From NCBI GenBank assembly GCA_041746255.1, contig JBGTHM010000054.1, positions 1-22,853 of the forward strand: a DNA stretch of 22,853 nucleotides. Direction: 5' to 3'. The notes under the pieces are model-generated. The model saw nothing but the letters and a program-made list of their open reading frames with translations, searched no databases and was not told the origin of the DNA. Shown here piece after piece: positions 17,156 through 22,853 of the stretch. A program made the position numbers and the translations under genes. Each line of letters begins with the position of its first letter. Within the stretch, counting starts at the first letter, position 1. This stretch comes from Fibrobacteria bacterium (GTDB lineage: Bacteria; Fibrobacterota; Fibrobacteria; UBA11236).

Positions 17156-18052
17156 TCATTTGCCTTGCATGCTATCACCGACGTTGCCGCCGCGCTGGAT
17201 TTCCCGGAACGGTAAGCCAGACAAAAGCAGTCGCCACTTATCCTGGAAGTGATCGACCATGACTTCAGTCAAACGTTCGCCGAACGCCGTAGTCAGGCGC
17301 ATAAACCCTATGAATCCATTCGGGCTGCCACCGGGCTTGGCAAAGGGCGATGCCGCCTTTTCCACCAGCTCAGCTTCGGACAGGTAGGGGCCGCCCGTCC
17401 ATTGCGAAAATCCCTGAATGAATTTTTCCTGAATCATACTTCCCATGGAAATACGGATTTGACGAAAGGCTTCGAATTCCGCTCCACGGACACTGGCTTC
17501 GAAAACCGGAAGCAGGCGCGTTAAATTACCGTGAATAGATTCTTCGTACCAAGAGGATGCCAAGCTCGCCTGCAAATGATTGATATGGCCTCCCATCGCG
17601 GATACCTGCCTTTCGCAATCCGCAGCCATATCATGTAGACACTGGATATAGAGATTCTTCAACTCCTTTGGGGTGCCTTTGCCCGCCAAGTGATACCCCT
17701 CCAAATCCTGGATAATCCATTGATTATGCCGCAGCACCGGCAGTAATAATCCCGGAACCAGGCGTTTTTCCCAGCGCTCGCGAAATTCGGAAAAACGACG
17801 CGAATTTTCCGTACGTAACCAAGTGAATTTCTTTTCGGCGGTGGCAAGGGTGGCCGAGGCTCTGGCCGGTAGATCGCTTCCGGAAGCAGTTTCCAGACTA
17901 TCCAGAACTCCGCGCAAAACGATACTATGGTTATTGTCCACCAAGGCGGAAATGGAGGTGAAAACGTCTGGAGAGGTTTCCGCCAAAACATCCGGGGACG
18001 ATCCCGGACTTTTACCCAGACGCTTGGCGAAATAGTTCAAATCCTGGTACAA
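17156..18052 (-). CDS. Hypothetical helical protein, DUF3348 (Zorya type III ZorF)-like
   Basis: 298-aa ORF with TTG start. 'LTRLLPVFE...MIQEKF' and C-terminal 'AFGERLTEVMVDHFQDKWRLLLSGL' weakly match the pattern recalled for DUF3348. It occupies the position ZorF takes in type III loci. Confidence 0.45.
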   Translation of the reverse strand: MYQDLNYFAKRLGKSPGSSPDVLAETSPDVFTSISALVDNNHSIVLRGVLDSLETASGSDLPARASATLATAEKKFTWLRTENSRRFSEFRERWEKRLVPGLLLPVLRHNQWIIQDLEGYHLAGKGTPKELKNLYIQCLHDMAADCERQVSAMGGHINHLQASLASSWYEESIHGNLTRLLPVFEASVRGAEFEAFRQIRISMGSMIQEKFIQGFSQWTGGPYLSEAELVEKAASPFAKPGGSPNGFIGFMRLTTAFGERLTEVMVDHFQDKWRLLLSGLPFREIQRGGNVGDSMQGK

Positions 18053-18097
18053 TACGCATCCGTTTCTGAGGGGTCGACCCGGGATGGGGAGGGGTGA

Positions 18098-18126
18098 AAT
18101 ATAGCATCGCCCCTGCCTTTCGCTAA
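18098..18126 (-). promoter_or_regulatory. Candidate extended -10 promoter for the three-gene module
   Basis: Minus strand TTAGCG-17 nt-TATATT with TG at the extended position (TGC-TATATT, 18106-18098), ~45 nt upstream of the TTG at 18052. Confidence 0.4.
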
Positions 18127-18983
18127 GGGGAGAAAAGTCGCAGATATTGCCGTAAAATCAGGGTTTTGACCGGTATCGGGGAGGCATCCACCTCCTCGTC
18201 TCCCTGCACCTGCCCTGCCTGCTCCAAAGACACCCATTTTTGGATTTTCAATTCAGCCTCTATCAGCCTGCCCTCATCGGCATGAAAGCGATATTTGCCT
18301 ATACCTTGCAGGACCGAAGAATCCGAATCGAACCCAAACCCCTTGTCTTTTCCAGCAAGCGAGGCGAAAGTATAATCGACTTGGAAACTACGATTCGAGT
18401 CCCCGCCCCCCACCTTTTTCAATTTCTGAGTCTTCACGATTCGGATGTCCGGGTCGACCTTGTCCCAAAGATTTTGCTCAACACTCCAGGAATCTCCCGG
18501 TTTAATGGCCTGGCCGGAAAATGCCGGTAAGAGCAACAACAACTGGCGGCCGAAATCGTAGCCCGATAACTCGATATTGGGAAGTTCCAAAGACTCGGAA
18601 ATCCGAATCACCTCCCCGGTGGAAGCCATGACCATTTTTAGCGAATAGTCGCGTAACCGGCGGGACATGAATGCATTTTCGCTGGAATCCCTCTCATGAG
18701 ACAGATAGAAAACGGAATCAAACTTAGCCTCCCATTCCAGCCAGCGGCCGGAGCTATCATGGGAAACCTTCTGGGTGAAAAAAACTTCAGCCTTTCCAAA
18801 TTCGGTTTCCGGTTGCCCAGGCCCGAATGCGGCCGTCATGCGCGACTCGAGTCGCAGAGGGGTTTCGGCCGGAAGGAACCCGGGTTCAAAGCTTTCCTGC
18901 GAGCAGCCTGAAAGAACAGCCCAAACGGAGATGCAAAAGGTAAGGCGGGCGAATGAGAAAGGCGGGGAGTTGCGTTGCATCAT
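18123..18983 (-). CDS. Lipoprotein of unknown function (beta-rich, DUF6263-like)
   Basis: Hydrophobic stretch ending in lipobox LSG-C, and an 'LP....IKPGDSW' motif. Start uncertain (GTG 19004, or ATG 18983/18980). Confidence 0.6.
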   Translation of the reverse strand: MMQRNSPPFSFARLTFCISVWAVLSGCSQESFEPGFLPAETPLRLESRMTAAFGPGQPETEFGKAEVFFTQKVSHDSSGRWLEWEAKFDSVFYLSHERDSSENAFMSRRLRDYSLKMVMASTGEVIRISESLELPNIELSGYDFGRQLLLLLPAFSGQAIKPGDSWSVEQNLWDKVDPDIRIVKTQKLKKVGGGDSNRSFQVDYTFASLAGKDKGFGFDSDSSVLQGIGKYRFHADEGRLIEAELKIQKWVSLEQAGQVQGDEEVDASPIPVKTLILRQYLRLFSP

Positions 18984-19034
18984 GTTCTTAGGGAAGGTAG
19001 CCACCCCGGCGGGAACTACAAAGTGGGTCGTAAG

Positions 19035-21764
19035 TTAAATCCGCTTATCCGACGAATTTTTTTCAATGATATAGTCGAGATAGGCCCGCTCGAAAGTTTG
19101 CGGGGGTAGAGCCTCCCGACGCCGCGAAAGATACTCCAACGCTTTGGGCAGTCCTGAAACCTTTTCGATTTTCAGAAAGTCCACCAGGATATCTTCCAAC
19201 ATTTCGTCGCGGCCTCCGGCATGCACGCCCCGACGGAAATAGTCTTCAGGAATCTTATCGGCAAGGTACGCCAATTGCAATCGTTCCCGTCTCGAAGCGG
19301 CGTCGTGACTATAAAGCCTGGCTTCCAAAACCTTCACGGAAACATTGGTGAGCCGGTTGATGAGCAGGGAGTTGAGAATACAACGGAACGGCAGCCCCTG
19401 TACCGATCCATAATGCCGATAGGTATTGTCGAATAACTCCGCCGCCAAGCTGTTCTGCCCCTCGAGAAAGGCCATCTGACCTTCCAGCAGGGAAACCTGG
19501 CCGAGTACGTCGCGATCGACCCTGTCGCGAACCCGAAGTTCGCTGAGAATGGATTTGGCGCGGGGGAAATTCTTCACCGCCACGAAATGCAGGGCCTGTT
19601 GCAGTTGCAAAGCTTGCCGGACTTCCCGATTTTCCTGGAAATATTCCAGCATTTGCAGAGAGTTTTGCACCGGACCCAACACTCCCTGGCGTCTGAAAAT
19701 TCCGACTAAATCGGCATAATGACGCCCGAACAGATGCCGCAGCCGATCCTCCTTCTGAATGAGAAAACGGAATTCTTCCGACAGCTGTCCCGCGCAAAGA
19801 GACGGATCGGCGCCGGAATTCAAACACTGGTATACGGCTTCCATCCGCATGCCGACGAGCACCATATTATACTCGGATTGAGGATAAGTCATGGGAATGA
19901 GCTTGAGTTTCTCATACCCCTCCTTAGCTTTGTCCTGGTTGAAATAGCATTGTGCCATGCGAAACAAAGCTTCGGGCACCACCTTGTTGTCTTTGGAATT
20001 ACTTGCGGCCACAGTGAGGTGATGGATGGCATCGGTGTAATTTTTCTGCACCATGAAACCTTTAGCCAACTTCAAGTGCGCCTCGTATGCGATTTCGGAG
20101 TTGGGATAGGTTTCAATGACATGCCTATAGGCATGGATGCTGTTGGAGATGAATCCCTCTTCCAAATAGGCGTCCGCCACCACGGTCGGCCCCGGAGAAA
20201 GGGCCACGGCCTTTTTATAAATCTTGAGGTCGTCGATGGCGAGACTGGAATTCCAGGTGTAGAAGCCGAATTTCTGCGATGAGCGCACTTGCACCGGCAG
20301 GGTATGGTATTGGTGCGCCACCAACTTTTCGTTGAGGTAAAGGCGCAAATCATTCCCCTCCTTTTCCAGCATGACCCGATAGGCGTCGCCACCCTTGAGG
20401 TTGACGTGGCTGGAGTTGAAGGGAAAACGTTTAAACGATCCGAATTCGATTTTGGCCCGATCGGATCCCCACTCCCCCAGGGAAAACCGGAAAGCGGAAT
20501 CGGGATTGGGTCCGAATAGAAAAAAGTTGAAATCGTTATCGCTGCCGTTGAGGCCTACCACCGTGAACTCGATACGTAAATCCCCGAAAAACTCCTGGTC
20601 CGCGACAGCGAAAGATTGACCTGTGGAAAAAGCCTCAAGGCGGCCACGGGTCACGCTCCAGGATTGAGACGCCTTCCATCCGTCGGCTCCCCGATCGAAA
20701 GATTGGAAATTCAGGGCAACGGGACCGTTGAAGGACTCTTCCAAAACCAGGCCCCAGGGAGCTCGCTTACTTTCCTCACGCACGGAGGAGGTGACGAATA
20801 CCACCAAAACCGAGAGCAAGAGTATGCCGGCGCTTACATATAAAATCGGACTGGTTTTCAGAAAGCGCCAGGCGATGAGGAATGGCCCGGGAGGTTTGGC
20901 CTTGACTGGAAGGCCATGACGGTAGGCGAATATGTCCTGTAATAATTCGCTCATGGATTGATAGCGATCGTGCAAATCCTTGGTCATGCACTTAGCGACG
21001 ATGGCCTCGAAATCGGGGTCGAGCCAGGGTGAGAGATAGCGTAACGGCACCGGTTCGGCGCGGATGGCATTCAAAGCCGTCTGATGCAGAGAGCGCGGAT
21101 CGAGATAGGGGCTTTTAAAGGAGATGAGTTCGTATAGGATGATACCCAGGGAGCAAATATCCGATAAAGGCGATACGCTGTCGCCGCGCGCCTGTTCCGG
21201 TGACATATAGGCCGGCGAACCCACCACCTCTCCGGATAAGGTCAAAGTGACCGCGAGACTGGGATCCAGGGCCTTGGCCAGGCCGAAATCGATGATGATG
21301 GGCCGATTACCCCGCATCAAAATATTGGTGGGCTTCAGATCGCGGTGGAGGATTCCCTGCTTATGGCAATATTCCAGGGCTTCCACCACCTGTTGCATCA
21401 CCTCCACCACTTCGTCGAAGCTCGGCTTTTTCTGGTGGAGATAGGCCAACATGTCCAGGCCTTCGATATATTCCATGGCAAGGTAGTGGACCCCGTTGAT
21501 CTCGCCCACCTCGAAAATCTTTATCACATTGGCATGGTTCAATTTCGCCACCGCGCGGGCTTCGACATGGAAACGGTCGATTACGCGCTGTTGCAATCCA
21601 AGCCCGAACAGCACCTTAATCGCCACCACGCGATCCAAATCGGTTTGGTGGGCTTTATAAACCACGGCCATGCCGCCGCGGCCGAGTTCGGAAAGGATGA
21701 CGTATTTTCCGAGTCGACCGCCGATGTCGATGGATTGATTGGAAGAGGGGGGAATTGATTTCAA
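19035..21764 (-). CDS. Membrane Hanks-type Ser/Thr kinase with C-terminal beta-sandwich (concanavalin/LamG-like) and TPR domains
   Basis: LGRGGMAVVY, VAIKV, HRDLKPTN, DFGLA and GSPAYMSPEQ. One TM (ILYVSAGILLLSVLVVFV). Beta-rich segment ending IDDLKIY. TPR-like YRHVIETYPNS..AYEA and ALFRMAQCY. TTG 21764 overlaps the rluC stop (TTGA). Confidence 0.9.
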   Translation of the reverse strand: MKSIPPSSNQSIDIGGRLGKYVILSELGRGGMAVVYKAHQTDLDRVVAIKVLFGLGLQQRVIDRFHVEARAVAKLNHANVIKIFEVGEINGVHYLAMEYIEGLDMLAYLHQKKPSFDEVVEVMQQVVEALEYCHKQGILHRDLKPTNILMRGNRPIIIDFGLAKALDPSLAVTLTLSGEVVGSPAYMSPEQARGDSVSPLSDICSLGIILYELISFKSPYLDPRSLHQTALNAIRAEPVPLRYLSPWLDPDFEAIVAKCMTKDLHDRYQSMSELLQDIFAYRHGLPVKAKPPGPFLIAWRFLKTSPILYVSAGILLLSVLVVFVTSSVREESKRAPWGLVLEESFNGPVALNFQSFDRGADGWKASQSWSVTRGRLEAFSTGQSFAVADQEFFGDLRIEFTVVGLNGSDNDFNFFLFGPNPDSAFRFSLGEWGSDRAKIEFGSFKRFPFNSSHVNLKGGDAYRVMLEKEGNDLRLYLNEKLVAHQYHTLPVQVRSSQKFGFYTWNSSLAIDDLKIYKKAVALSPGPTVVADAYLEEGFISNSIHAYRHVIETYPNSEIAYEAHLKLAKGFMVQKNYTDAIHHLTVAASNSKDNKVVPEALFRMAQCYFNQDKAKEGYEKLKLIPMTYPQSEYNMVLVGMRMEAVYQCLNSGADPSLCAGQLSEEFRFLIQKEDRLRHLFGRHYADLVGIFRRQGVLGPVQNSLQMLEYFQENREVRQALQLQQALHFVAVKNFPRAKSILSELRVRDRVDRDVLGQVSLLEGQMAFLEGQNSLAAELFDNTYRHYGSVQGLPFRCILNSLLINRLTNVSVKVLEARLYSHDAASRRERLQLAYLADKIPEDYFRRGVHAGGRDEMLEDILVDFLKIEKVSGLPKALEYLSRRREALPPQTFERAYLDYIIEKNSSDKRI

Positions 21765-22732
21765 AGCGAACTTTCCAAACGGCGGAGGCAATCCGACAGC
21801 TCTGCGGACAAGGGCGCCTCGAATCGTCCAGTCGCGCCGTTCCAGTCTACTTCCAGGGAGGAGGCGTGCAAAAACATACGGCGCAGTTCGAATTGTTTTC
21901 TGAAGGTCCGGTTCAATTCGAATGAACCATAGCGGTCATCCCCTATTATGGGATGACCTCGGCCGGATAAATGAGAGCGTATCTGATGCATTCTACCCGT
22001 TTCAATAATAACATCGACCAGAGTATAGTTCCCCATGTTTTTAAGGGTCTGATAGCGGGTTACCGCTGTTTTCCCTCCGGAATCGCTAAGGATCTTGGCG
22101 CCCCCTTTCCGGCTGTCCACGCGCATAAGCGGATCGTCGATTATTCCCGAGGTGGGCTCGAGCCGGCCTTCGACCAGGGCGATGTAGTTTTTTCGGAACC
22201 CGCCCTCGCGCAAAGACGAGGTCAGGGCGCGCAAGGCGCCGCCCGTTTTGGCTATGAGGATGACTCCCGAAGTTTCCTTATCCAGCCTATGCACCAATGC
22301 GGGTCGAAAAACCTCATCCGCGTTCCAGCTCGATGCGGATGCGCCGGCCAGGTATGCGGTCGCCTTTTCGATGAGAGATTGGCCAAGACCGATTCCGGTT
22401 CCGGGATGCACGGCCATGCCGGCCGGCTTGTCAATGACCAGCATGTCCGCATCCGCGTGTATCACCGAGAGATGAAAATCGGCGGTAATTACCGGCGTGA
22501 TGGGAAGCACGGTGGATTCTCCCGCTTCCTCTTCGCGCAATCCATACAACCTGATTTTTTCCTGGGCGACCAGGATATGCCCGGGGCCTATGACTTCGCG
22601 GCCGATTTTGATTTCCTTCCGTCGGAAGAGCGAGTGCATGCGGCTCCCGGTTAGATGGGGCAGCCTCCTGCGAATATAGCGGTCCGCGCGTTGACCCGCA
22701 TCGTTTTCCGAAACTACCAGTTCAAGTAACAT
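21761..22732 (-). CDS. rluC: RluA-family pseudouridine synthase with N-terminal S4 domain (RluC-like)
   Basis: GQRADRYI (S4), DKPAGMAVHPG, catalytic HRLDKETSG, TGRMHQIRSH, GDDRYG and RMFLHA. Start set at ATG 22732. Confidence 0.82.
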   Translation of the reverse strand: MLLELVVSENDAGQRADRYIRRRLPHLTGSRMHSLFRRKEIKIGREVIGPGHILVAQEKIRLYGLREEEAGESTVLPITPVITADFHLSVIHADADMLVIDKPAGMAVHPGTGIGLGQSLIEKATAYLAGASASSWNADEVFRPALVHRLDKETSGVILIAKTGGALRALTSSLREGGFRKNYIALVEGRLEPTSGIIDDPLMRVDSRKGGAKILSDSGGKTAVTRYQTLKNMGNYTLVDVIIETGRMHQIRSHLSGRGHPIIGDDRYGSFELNRTFRKQFELRRMFLHASSLEVDWNGATGRFEAPLSAELSDCLRRLESSL

Positions 22733-22740
22733 GGTTCTGC

Positions 22741-22853
22741 TCAAGCGTTGGCAGCGGAGGGCACTGCCGGGGAGTTTTCGCGGCAGTGGCTCCAAGTTTG
22801 GGCCAACCGAAGTCCATCCGCGCCGGAGGAAACGATACCGCCCGCATATCCGG
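22741..22853 (-). CDS. 3' end of an FAD-dependent oxidoreductase (COG2509-type), truncated by window edge
   Basis: Minus frame reads GYAGGIVSSGADGLRLAQTWSHCRENSPAVPSAANA*. GYAGGI.S...DG is the conserved C-terminal motif of this family. Not in the ORF track. Confidence 0.7.
   Translation of the reverse strand, partial: GYAGGIVSSGADGLRLAQTWSHCRENSPAVPSAANA

Noticed and set aside
21971..22654. 227-aa plus-strand ORF
   Set aside because: Antisense shadow of the pseudouridine synthase gene.

Overview
Bacterial chromosomal segment made mostly of housekeeping genes. A C-terminal FlgD-Ig/T9SS-like domain on the 1.26-kaa secreted protein suggests the FCB group, possibly Fibrobacterota (inference). 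Gene order: 3' end of a PpiD/SurA-type foldase, terminator, possible 57-aa membrane peptide, REC+HD-GYP phosphodiesterase, large secreted beta-helix protein (-), tRNA-Glu(CTC) with a degenerate tandem copy of its 3' end, glgC-pgm, argJ-glyA-dusB (-), greA-holA, and a stand-alone KaiC-like ATPase. A co-oriented minus-strand block follows: FAD oxidoreductase (partial), rluC, membrane Ser/Thr kinase with TPRs, lipoprotein and three unannotated genes. The highlight is that last trio (18052-15086). It resembles zorF (DUF3348), zorA (DUF802 type) and zorG (DUF2894) of Zorya type III, in the canonical order. However, there is no zorB/OmpA gene, and the ZorA-like protein lacks the MotA-like channel segment. 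This would be a 'motor-less' Zorya-III-like module in a housekeeping context. The family resemblances come from recalled motifs and need HMM or structure confirmation. No integrase, transposase, CRISPR array or rRNA was seen.
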